Shown: positions 52,856 through 61,800 of the stretch, one piece after another | Layout: each line of letters begins with the position of its first letter | Position numbering within the stretch: position 1 is the stretch's first letter | Assembly (NCBI GenBank): GCA_902789665.1 | Contig: CADAOY010000007.1 | Coordinates: forward strand, 1,057-65,056 | DNA from: an uncultured Lachnospiraceae bacterium | GTDB taxonomy: Bacteria > Bacillota > Clostridia > Lachnospirales > Lachnospiraceae | DNA length: 64,000 nucleotides | Direction of reading: 5' to 3' | Position numbers and translations under genes: made by a program | The notes under the pieces: generated by a model | Seen by the model: only the letters and a program-made list of their open reading frames with translations | What the model was told of the DNA's origin: nothing | Databases searched by the model: none

Positions 52856-54001
52856 ATGTCTCAAAATATTGTAATTCTTGGTTCAACAGGTTCTATTGGA
52901 ACTCAAACTTTAACAATTGTTGATAATAATCCTGAGCTTAAAGTCATAGCACTTTCTGCTAACAGCAAAGTGGATATGATGGAGATGCAGGTGCGTAAAT
53001 ATAAGCCGTTCAAGGTTTGTATGTATAATGAGGAGGCGGCTAATGATCTGGCTGCGCGAATTAAGGACACCGACACCAAGGTTGTAAGCGGTATGGACGG
53101 CCTTATTGAAATAAGCACAATGGATGAGTGCGACACCGTGGTTACAGCCATTGTCGGAATGATTGGCATCAGACCTACGATTGCAGCAATTAAGGCGGGC
53201 AAAATCATCGCCCTTGCAAACAAGGAAACCTTAGTTACAGCAGGTCATATTATCATGCCTCTTTGCAGGGAGATGAATGTGCCGATTCTTCCAGTAGACA
53301 GCGAGCATAGCGCGATTTTCCAGTCAATGCAGGGTATGCCTAAAAACAGAATAGAGAAGATTTTGCTTACATGTTCAGGCGGTCCTTTTAGAGGAAAGAC
53401 TTATGATGAACTTAAGACAATGACTCCTGAGAAGGCGCTTAAGCATCCTAACTGGTCAATGGGCAGCAAAATCACCATCGACTCAGCATCCCTTGTAAAT
53501 AAAGGTCTTGAAATAATAGAAGCCAAGTGGCTTTTTGATACTGAAATAGATAACATTCAGGTTGTTGTTCATCCGCAGAGCATTATTCATTCCATGGTTC
53601 AGTATGTGGATGGTGGAATTATGGCGCAGCTTGGAACGCCTGATATGTGTCTGCCAATTCAGTATGCACTGTTTTATCCGGACAGAAAACCTATGAATGG
53701 TAAGAGAGTTGATTTCTTTGATCTTAAGGAACTTACATTCTTTGAGCCGGACAAGGAAACTTTCCTTGGACTTAAATATGCAATTGAAGCCGGCAGGAAG
53801 GGCGGAAGCCTTCCTACTGTATTTAATGCAGCTAATGAAAGAGCAGTTGCGCTTTTCCTTAAAGGTCAGATTGGATTTACAGAGATTTATGATATTATCA
53901 GAATGAGCATGGATGCACATAAGTTTATTGAGAATCCTACAGTAGAAGAGATTCTTCAGAGCGAAGCTGAAACTTATGAATTAATTGCTACTAAATATTA
54001 A
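52856..54001 (+). CDS. dxr: 1-deoxy-D-xylulose 5-phosphate reductoisomerase
   Basis: LGSTGSIG, LANKETLV, PVDSEH, HPNWSMGSKITIDSA. Confidence 0.97.
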   Translation: MSQNIVILGSTGSIGTQTLTIVDNNPELKVIALSANSKVDMMEMQVRKYKPFKVCMYNEEAANDLAARIKDTDTKVVSGMDGLIEISTMDECDTVVTAIVGMIGIRPTIAAIKAGKIIALANKETLVTAGHIIMPLCREMNVPILPVDSEHSAIFQSMQGMPKNRIEKILLTCSGGPFRGKTYDELKTMTPEKALKHPNWSMGSKITIDSASLVNKGLEIIEAKWLFDTEIDNIQVVVHPQSIIHSMVQYVDGGIMAQLGTPDMCLPIQYALFYPDRKPMNGKRVDFFDLKELTFFEPDKETFLGLKYAIEAGRKGGSLPTVFNAANERAVALFLKGQIGFTEIYDIIRMSMDAHKFIENPTVEEILQSEAETYELIATKY

Positions 54002-54010
54002 GGAGCATAG

Positions 54011-55108
54011 ATGGATATTTCAATTATCTGGACAATAATATCTTTTATCATAATCTTCATGGTTATCGTAATAGCGCATGAAGGGGGACACATGATAATT
54101 GCCAAGGCTAATGGTATTGATGTGGCAGAGTTTACAGTTGGTGTGGGCCCTAAGCTTTTTGGATTTCATATAAAAGATACATATTATTCCTTAAGAGCAC
54201 TTCCTTTTGGCGGCGCCTGTATATTCGCAGGTGAAGATGAACTGGAAGATGATGAAGAGAAGGAAAAGGAAGAAAAAGAGAATATTGCCTTAATAGATGA
54301 TAAGGAAAAAGGTTATTTCAAGAATGCGCCTGTTATGGCAAGAATTGCCACAGTCTTGGCAGGACCTGTAGCCAATGTGCTTTTAGCATATATCCTTGGA
54401 CTCATCGTTGTTTTTGTATGCGGCGAGATTCTTCCGGTTATCGGAGATGTTGCAGAAGATTATCCGGCATATGAGGCAGGCCTCAGGGCAGGAGATAAAA
54501 TCATCTCCATTAATGGCGAGAGAATTCTTAATTTCGATGAGATTCGTCTTATGACAATTACAGATGCCAACAAGGAATGGAATATAGTATATGAAAGAGA
54601 CGGGGAGAGATATGAGACAACATTAACTCCTCTTAAAACAAGCCAGGGTACATTCATTGGTGTAACAAGTACTGATGCTGAAACCGGCAAGTCGCTGGCG
54701 GTTTTTAAATATAGTTTTTATGAAGTAAGATTCTGGCTTAAGGCTACTTTTAAGTCACTTAAAATGCTCTTTACGGGTAAACTTACACTTGATGATGTTT
54801 CAGGCCCTGTAGGTATTGCGCAGGTTATTGATACAACGATTGACAGTACAATCGAATATGGCGCTCCTACAGTTGTTATAAATATGGTTAATTTAGCGCT
54901 TTTACTTAGCGTTAACTTAGGAGTAATGAACCTGCTTCCTTTGCCTGCACTTGATGGCGGAAGACTGATTATGTACATAATTGAACTTATTACCCGTAAG
55001 AAGGTTCCTGAGAAAGTTGAGAACGTTATTACAATCGTTGGTTTTGCACTTTTAATGCTTCTTGCTGTGGTAGTATTTATTAATGATATATTTAAATTCT
55101 TTAAATAG
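54011..55108 (+). CDS. rseP: RIP metalloprotease RseP
   Basis: HEGGH, LAGP, PDZ domain, NLLPLPALDGG. Confidence 0.95.
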   Translation: MDISIIWTIISFIIIFMVIVIAHEGGHMIIAKANGIDVAEFTVGVGPKLFGFHIKDTYYSLRALPFGGACIFAGEDELEDDEEKEKEEKENIALIDDKEKGYFKNAPVMARIATVLAGPVANVLLAYILGLIVVFVCGEILPVIGDVAEDYPAYEAGLRAGDKIISINGERILNFDEIRLMTITDANKEWNIVYERDGERYETTLTPLKTSQGTFIGVTSTDAETGKSLAVFKYSFYEVRFWLKATFKSLKMLFTGKLTLDDVSGPVGIAQVIDTTIDSTIEYGAPTVVINMVNLALLLSVNLGVMNLLPLPALDGGRLIMYIIELITRKKVPEKVENVITIVGFALLMLLAVVVFINDIFKFFK

Positions 55109-55137
55109 AATTGGGGTATGATAAGGGGGATGCAAAT

Positions 55138-55917
55138 ATGAAATGTGTTATTTTAGCCGGTGGTTACGGCACCCGTATTTCAGAAGAATCATCTTTTAAA
55201 CCAAAGCCAATGGTGGAGATTGGTGAGCAGCCGATTCTGTGGCATATCATGAAGGGTTATTCCACCTATGGCATCAAGGAATTCATAATCTGCGCAGGAT
55301 ATAAGCAGCATGTAATCAAGGAATGGTTTGCTGATTATTTCCTTCACACATCTGATATTACCTTTGATTTTGAACAGGATAACAAAATCATCGTCCACGA
55401 CAAACATACCGAAAAATGGAAGGTTACAGTTATCGATACAGGACTTAATACCATGACGGGCGGACGTGTTAAGAGAATTCAGAAATTTGTTGATGGAGAG
55501 CCATTTTTATTAACCTATGGCGACGCTGTATCGGATGTAAATATAAATGATTTAATTGCCTTTCATAAATCACATGGCAAGTGCATGACATTAACATCCG
55601 TCAGCCTTGCTCAGCAAAAGGGCGTTCTTAATATTGATTCTGATAATACCATTACATCATTCAGGGAAAAAGATGATGAGGACGGCGCTGTAGTAAACGG
55701 CGGCTTTATGGTATGCAGTCCATCAATATTTAATTATCTTCATGATGATACAACAATCCTGGAGCAGGAACCTATGAGAGCACTTGCTGCAAGCGGTGAA
55801 CTTAAAAGTTTCTATCATGACGGTTTCTGGCAGTGTATGGATACAAAAAGAGAAAAAGACAGACTTGAATTATTATGGGCATCAGGTGAAGCTCCTTGGA
55901 AAACCTGGAATGATTAA
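55138..55917 (+). CDS. rfbF: Glucose-1-phosphate cytidylyltransferase
   Basis: ILAGGYGTRISEE..KPMVEIG..PILWHIM, TGGR, TYGD, GFWQCMDT; start ATG 55138. Confidence 0.9.
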   Translation: MKCVILAGGYGTRISEESSFKPKPMVEIGEQPILWHIMKGYSTYGIKEFIICAGYKQHVIKEWFADYFLHTSDITFDFEQDNKIIVHDKHTEKWKVTVIDTGLNTMTGGRVKRIQKFVDGEPFLLTYGDAVSDVNINDLIAFHKSHGKCMTLTSVSLAQQKGVLNIDSDNTITSFREKDDEDGAVVNGGFMVCSPSIFNYLHDDTTILEQEPMRALAASGELKSFYHDGFWQCMDTKREKDRLELLWASGEAPWKTWND

Positions 55918-55944
55918 AAACCATTGTGCATAATGACGATGCGT

Positions 55945-55972
55945 AAAACCCTGTATTTTACAGGGTTTTTTT
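55945..55972 (+). terminator. Intrinsic terminator after rfbF
   Basis: AAAACCCTGTA-TTT-TACAGGGTTTT-TTT. Confidence 0.85.
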
Positions 55973-56113
55973 ATTTTTCTTCTCAAAAATCCCCGATTTA
56001 TTATACATTATTACCAAAGCCCAAAAGACAGAAAATACCAAATCTTTGTGAAAGTTGCTAATAGCATATTGAAGGTGAAGAAGATATAATGTTTTCACAA
56101 AGGAAGCAGGTGC

Positions 56114-56710
56114 ATGAATTATTTTGATAATATCTATTTAATGGATTCTGCCTCATCATCAGCTTTTCGAATTTCCCTTAATCTTATTAATGCCATAACT
56201 CCTGCCGGACCGGTAGCAGTTGGCGTCATAGGTTCATATAACAAAATTTCAATTAACAAAAAATCATTTGATAAAATAAGTAATTTTACTGACCTTTATA
56301 TTAAGCAGAATATTATCACCACGGGTAATTATGATAAGGAGTCTGCGGGGCGGATTTGGCACAAGTTTCTTAAAATATTAAAGAATGATTATGATCTAAA
56401 AAAAGGTGATTACAGCATAGGATTTGTGCTTTATACCAAGAGATTTAAGTGTTCATATAAATGTGGCAGGGATGTGCTTAAGATTAATTTACATGGAATG
56501 ATGTTATATTCTTCTTCGCTTAAAAATAAGATTGATAAGAAAAGCATAAGAAAACTTTGCTTTATAAAGGATAAAAAAGTATTGGAAAAATACTCAAGGG
56601 AACTGATTGAAAGATGCAGAATAAGAGGAGAAAAAGATGATATTGGAATCATCTTCATACGGCCAAAGATACGCAGATGTGGAATTAATTGGCCAGGGTG
56701 GCTTAGGTAA
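56114..56710 (+). CDS. Hypothetical protein, probably a degenerate PP2C/PPM-fold pseudophosphatase
   Basis: C-terminus MMLYSSSLKNKIDKKSIRKL...ELIERCRIRGEKDDIGIIFI mirrors PPM LLLCSDGL...LVE.A...GG.DNITVILV; DG motifs missing. Confidence 0.5.
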   Translation: MNYFDNIYLMDSASSSAFRISLNLINAITPAGPVAVGVIGSYNKISINKKSFDKISNFTDLYIKQNIITTGNYDKESAGRIWHKFLKILKNDYDLKKGDYSIGFVLYTKRFKCSYKCGRDVLKINLHGMMLYSSSLKNKIDKKSIRKLCFIKDKKVLEKYSRELIERCRIRGEKDDIGIIFIRPKIRRCGINWPGWLR

Positions 56711-57620
56711 AGTATATAAAGCCTATGATACGAATCTTGGAAGGGATGTGGTAATAAAGGAAATTAATGGTCATGAGACAGAAGAGGCAGACATGCTTCT
56801 TAAAATCAATAATGACCGTATTCCAAAAATATATGATTTATTTTTCACTGATGACAAAACTTATATAGTAATGGAATATATTGAAGGCGACAGTTTAAGG
56901 GAATATCTCTTAAAGAAAAATGTGGATTATAAGGAAAAAAGAGATATAATCTGTCAGATTGCAGAGATACTTTCTTATCTGCATACACTGGAGAATCCTT
57001 TTATTTACGGGGACTTAAAGCCTGAAAATGTAATAATTGGAAATGGAAAGGTAAAACTCGTTGATTTTGGCAGTAGTAAAAAAATGTACATCAGGTATGA
57101 TAATCTGTATACAACAGAAATATTTTCCGCGCCGGAACAGTATGAGGGAGAGGCTTATTTTCAAAGCGATATTTATGCTTTTGGTAAGTTAATGATTTAC
57201 ATTTTAACCAGGGTGTCTCTTGATAAAAAGGGTGATGTAAGTTTTAAGGATTTACGAAATCTGGATATCGACTTTAGGGATAAACTAATAATTATCAATT
57301 GTCTAAAATGGGATTATTCCAAAAGATATGTAAGTGCGGTCAGTCTGAAAAAGGCACTTAAGCATGAATTTATAAGTGTGGAGAATGTATTGAGGCTGGT
57401 TTACATAATTCTTATTGCATATGGAATTATTCTTTGTGGTCTGTCGCTTATTTTAAGTGTGGTCATGGGTGATGAAAATTTTATAACAAAATATAATTTT
57501 TTCAGGTTTGGAAGTATATGTTTTTTGTCGGCAGTCCTTATGGATATTAATTATAATACGGACTTTGACGACAGGCATATTTATTATGAACTTGATGTCA
57601 AACTGTCTTCGGATTTTTAG
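56637..57620 (+). CDS. Hanks-type Ser/Thr protein kinase with two C-terminal TM segments, no PASTA
   Basis: GQGGLGKVY, VVIKE, YGDLKPEN, DFG, SAPEQ, SDIYAFG; GAGGAG RBS before ATG 56637. Confidence 0.9.
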   Translation: MILESSSYGQRYADVELIGQGGLGKVYKAYDTNLGRDVVIKEINGHETEEADMLLKINNDRIPKIYDLFFTDDKTYIVMEYIEGDSLREYLLKKNVDYKEKRDIICQIAEILSYLHTLENPFIYGDLKPENVIIGNGKVKLVDFGSSKKMYIRYDNLYTTEIFSAPEQYEGEAYFQSDIYAFGKLMIYILTRVSLDKKGDVSFKDLRNLDIDFRDKLIIINCLKWDYSKRYVSAVSLKKALKHEFISVENVLRLVYIILIAYGIILCGLSLILSVVMGDENFITKYNFFRFGSICFLSAVLMDINYNTDFDDRHIYYELDVKLSSDF

Positions 57621-57723
57621 ATATATTAATTTTATATATCTAGAATATTTTCTCTTAATATACTACAATATATAAGGTGGGCTTATACCAAAAACTTAAT
57701 TTATTTCCTTGAAAGGAGACATT

Positions 57724-58785
57724 ATGGGAAGAGAAAATACCAAGGTAATTCATATAGGCAATAAGGTGATTGGTGGCGGAAATCCGATTATGATTCAGTC
57801 TATGACCAATACAAGAACTGAGGACGTGGAAGCAACTGTTAAGCAGATACAGGATCTGACTTTTGCAGGCTGTGATATTGTCAGATGTACAGTTCCAACT
57901 CTGGAAGCTGCCAAGGCGCTTTCGGAGATAAAGAAGAAGGTTAGTATTCCTATAGTTGCAGATATTCATTTTGATTATAAAATGGCCATCGCTGCCATGG
58001 AAAATGGCGCAGATAAAATCAGAATCAATCCTGGTAACATTGGTTCAAGAGAGAATCTTGCCAAGGTTGTGGCTGTTGCCAAGGAAAGAAATATTCCAAT
58101 CAGAGTAGGCGTTAACAGTGGTTCTTTGGAGAAAGACATTATTGCAAAATATGGCAGGGTAACTGCAGAAGGCCTTGTGGAAAGTGCTCTTGATAAAGTG
58201 CATATGATTGAAGAAGAAGGCTATGATAATATGGTTATTTCCATTAAGTCTTCAGATGTTTTAATGTGTATCAAGGCTCATGAAATACTCGATAAGAAGA
58301 CCAATTATCCTCTTCATGTTGGTATTACAGAATCAGGTACACTTTTCTCAGGTAATATTAAGTCATCCATCGGTCTTGGTGTGATTCTATATGAGGGAAT
58401 TGGTGATACCATAAGAGTATCATTAACAGGTGATCCGGTAGAAGAGATTAAGACAGCCAAATTATTACTTAAGACTCTTGATTTAAGAAAAGGCGGAATT
58501 GAAGTAGTAAGCTGCCCAACCTGTGGAAGAACAAAGATTGATTTGATTTCACTTGCCAATAAGGTTGAAAAGATGGCCCAGAATTATGACCTTGATATTA
58601 AGGTTGCAGTAATGGGCTGCGCTGTTAATGGTCCTGGAGAAGCTAAAGAAGCTGATATAGGAATTGCAGGCGGCATTAATGAAGGTCTCCTTATTAAGAA
58701 AGGACAGGTAGTTAAGAAGGTTCCTGAAAGTGAACTTTTAGCTACACTTAAATATGAGCTGGACAATTGGAACAGTGAAGAATAA
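57724..58785 (+). CDS. ispG: HMB-PP synthase (4-hydroxy-3-methylbut-2-enyl diphosphate synthase)
   Basis: IQSMTNT, VADIHF, RINPGN, RVGVNSGSL, PLHVGITE, CPTCGR, VMGCAVNGPGE; start ATG 57724. Confidence 0.97.
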   Translation: MGRENTKVIHIGNKVIGGGNPIMIQSMTNTRTEDVEATVKQIQDLTFAGCDIVRCTVPTLEAAKALSEIKKKVSIPIVADIHFDYKMAIAAMENGADKIRINPGNIGSRENLAKVVAVAKERNIPIRVGVNSGSLEKDIIAKYGRVTAEGLVESALDKVHMIEEEGYDNMVISIKSSDVLMCIKAHEILDKKTNYPLHVGITESGTLFSGNIKSSIGLGVILYEGIGDTIRVSLTGDPVEEIKTAKLLLKTLDLRKGGIEVVSCPTCGRTKIDLISLANKVEKMAQNYDLDIKVAVMGCAVNGPGEAKEADIGIAGGINEGLLIKKGQVVKKVPESELLATLKYELDNWNSEE

Positions 58786-58804
58786 ATTACAGGTTTAGTT
58801 ATTA

Positions 58805-61800
58805 ATGAAGCAGTTTTTGGAAGTATTTGACAAAATAGATATAGATGACAGTGCTCTTCGTAATGCGCTTGAAAGCAGCTATGTAGATAATATTGTTGCA
58901 TCAGATGATAAGACATTAATTAATATTGATTTCTACTGTGACAAGCTGATTCAGAAAAATGACATTAAGAAATTAGAAAGACAGATTAAGAATTATTATT
59001 TTAACAGAACTAATCTTACTGTAAAACTTGTTGTTAAATATGATCTTAATGGACAGTATACTCCTGAGAATTTTTATAAGGCTTATAAGGACAGCATTGA
59101 AGAAGAAGCAGAGAATTACAGCATGGTTTTGTATGTTATCTTAAATAATGCTGATATTTCTTTTGATGACAATATAGTAAAAGTTGTCATTGAAGATACT
59201 CCATTATACAGGGAAAAGCAGGAAGAAGTCCGTTCTTTCTTTGAGATGATATTTAATTCCAGATGTAATTTTAAATGTATTATCGATATTCAGTATAAGG
59301 ATAAGAATACAAATATATACAGAGAAATAAATGACCATGAAACAAAAATGATGGTTAAGGATATCTGTGAGCGTCTTTCTGATGATTATGTTGAAGATGA
59401 TAATACTGTAATTAAGGCTGGAAGAAAGAGTTCCCTTATTATTACTGATGATGAGCCGATTAAAGCCGAAGGTGATGGCTCAGGCAAAAAAGAAGATAAT
59501 GGGGATAAAAAAGAAAACAAGGAAGCTGAACCTGGCGCTAAAGCCCCTAAGAAAGAGGCTGCAACTGGCGGCTCTGGCAATAAAAAAGATAAGGGTAAAT
59601 TCCAGAAGAAAGATAAGTTCGATGGGGCTTATCGTAAGAAAAGACATTTCAAGGTTGATGATGACAGCGATCTTTTATTCGGCAGGGCTTTTCACGGAGA
59701 TGAGATTACACTTAAGGAAGCCTATACCGGATATTCCGAAGTAATTGTTAAGGGTAAGATTATCAAAATTGACAATGAGAAGGAAATCAGGGAAGGTACA
59801 TATCTTTATATATTTGTTATATATGATTTAACTGAATCCATTGGTGTTAAGGTATTCTGTGATTCTTCGCAGATTGAGGAATTAAGGGAGACTCTGGCAG
59901 TTGGTAAGTATGTTAAGTTAAAAGGCTCTGTTACTGAGGACAGTTTCAGTGGTGATGTAATTATTGATAAAGTAAGAGGTATCTATGAAATCCAGAATTT
60001 CATGAAGGTTGCCCAGAGAATGGACTATCATCCAAATAAAAGGGTTGAACTTCATCTTCATACCAACTTTAGTGAAATGGATGCGGTTACTCCTGTAGAT
60101 AAACTGATTCAAAGAGCAGTGGACTGGGGCATGAATGCAATGGCTATTACAGATCATGCTGTAGTTCAGTCTTTCCCTATTGCATATCATTATCTTCAGG
60201 ACAAGGTTAAAACTGATTTTAAGCTTATATATGGCGTTGAAGCCTATATGGTTGATGATTCTCTGGTACCGGTTAAGGGAGCTACTGAGGAACTAATAAA
60301 TGATGATTTTGTAGTTATTAATATTAAGACTACAGGTCTTTCCAATGTGGTAAATAAGATTGTTGAAATTAATGCCATTAAATTTGTTGATGGAGAAGTT
60401 AAGGAATCATTCCATAAATATGTTAATCCATTAGAGCCGGTTTCCTATAAGGTTGAAGACGAGATAGGAATAAGTAATGCCAAACTTGCCATGGAAGACA
60501 GTATCTATGAAGTACTGCCTGAATTCCTGGCATTTGTGGAAGGTTATATAATTGTCGGACATAACCTGGATTTTGCCTTAGGATTTATTAAGAAAGCATG
60601 CGAATATCATAATGTAGATTTTAATCCTGTTGGAGTTGATACTATGGAACTTGCCAGAAACTTTATGGATATCAGCAGGTTCAAACTTGAAACAGTATGT
60701 AAGCATGTAAAGATAAAGGTAGATAGTGAAACTTCAGCCAGTCTTTGTAAGGCAAATGGTGATTTATATTTATATTTTGCGAAGGAATTAACTCAGAAAA
60801 ATCTTATAAAGTTAACTGAAATCAATGATTTTGCAAGAAATAACAAGGACAGACTTGTTAAGTATAAGCCTTATCACGTAATTATTCTTGCCAAGAATGA
60901 TATAGGCAGACTTAATTTATATCGTATTGTTTCCACCTCACATGTTGAATATTTAAGACATGCAGGTAAGAAGAATATTCCGGTTATTCCAAGAAGTTAT
61001 ATTAATGAACACAGAGAAGGACTTATCGTAGGAAGCGCCTGCTCTGAAGGTGAATTATTTAAGGCGATACTTGAGAATAAGGAAGATGACATTATTGCAA
61101 GTATAGTTAATTTCTATGACTATCTTGAGATTCAGCCGCTTGGCAATAATGAATATTTATTAAGAGAAGGTCTTTATGGCGTAGAATCAAGAGATGATTT
61201 GATTGATCTTAATAAGAAAATTGTATCTTTGGGCGAACAGTTTGACAAACCGGTATGTGCTACCTGTGACGTTCATTTTATGGACCCTGAAGATGAAATA
61301 TACAGAAGAATTATTCAGTTTAAAGAAGGCTTTGCTGATGCGGATAAGCAGCCTCCTATATATTTCAGAACGACTGATGAAATGCTGAAGGAGTTTGGTT
61401 ATTTAGGACCAAAGAAGGCAGAAGAGGTTGTAATTACCAATACTAATTTAATTGCGGATATGGTTGAGGTAATATCACCTGTTCATCCCGACAAGTGTCC
61501 ACCTGAGATTCCTCACAGTGATGAGATGCTTCGTAAAATCTGTTACGATAAGGCACATGCAATGTATGGAGATCCGCTGCCTGAAGTTGTGCAGTCAAGA
61601 CTTGATACAGAGCTAAATTCAATTATTAATGCAGGATATGCAAACCTTTATATTATTGCTCAGAAACTGGTATGGAAGTCAAATGAAGACGGATACCTGG
61701 TTGGTTCGAGAGGTTCGGTTGGTTCTTCCCTTGTTGCTACAATGGCAGGTATATCGGAAGTTAATCCGCTGCCTCCTCATTATTACTGTACCAAATGCCA

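Noticed and set aside
55138-55917. rfbF acting as a substitute IspD because it sits between dxr and ispG
   Set aside because: It carries full RfbF signatures and none of the IspD-specific motifs; position alone is insufficient.
1110-57723. Upstream-extended starts in the ORF track (e.g. 1110, 1711, 7068, 13876, 14687, 23956, 32421, 35685, 35893, 41208, 42368, 55111, 57709)
   Set aside because: Downstream ATGs with good SD sequences and family-typical N-termini were used instead.
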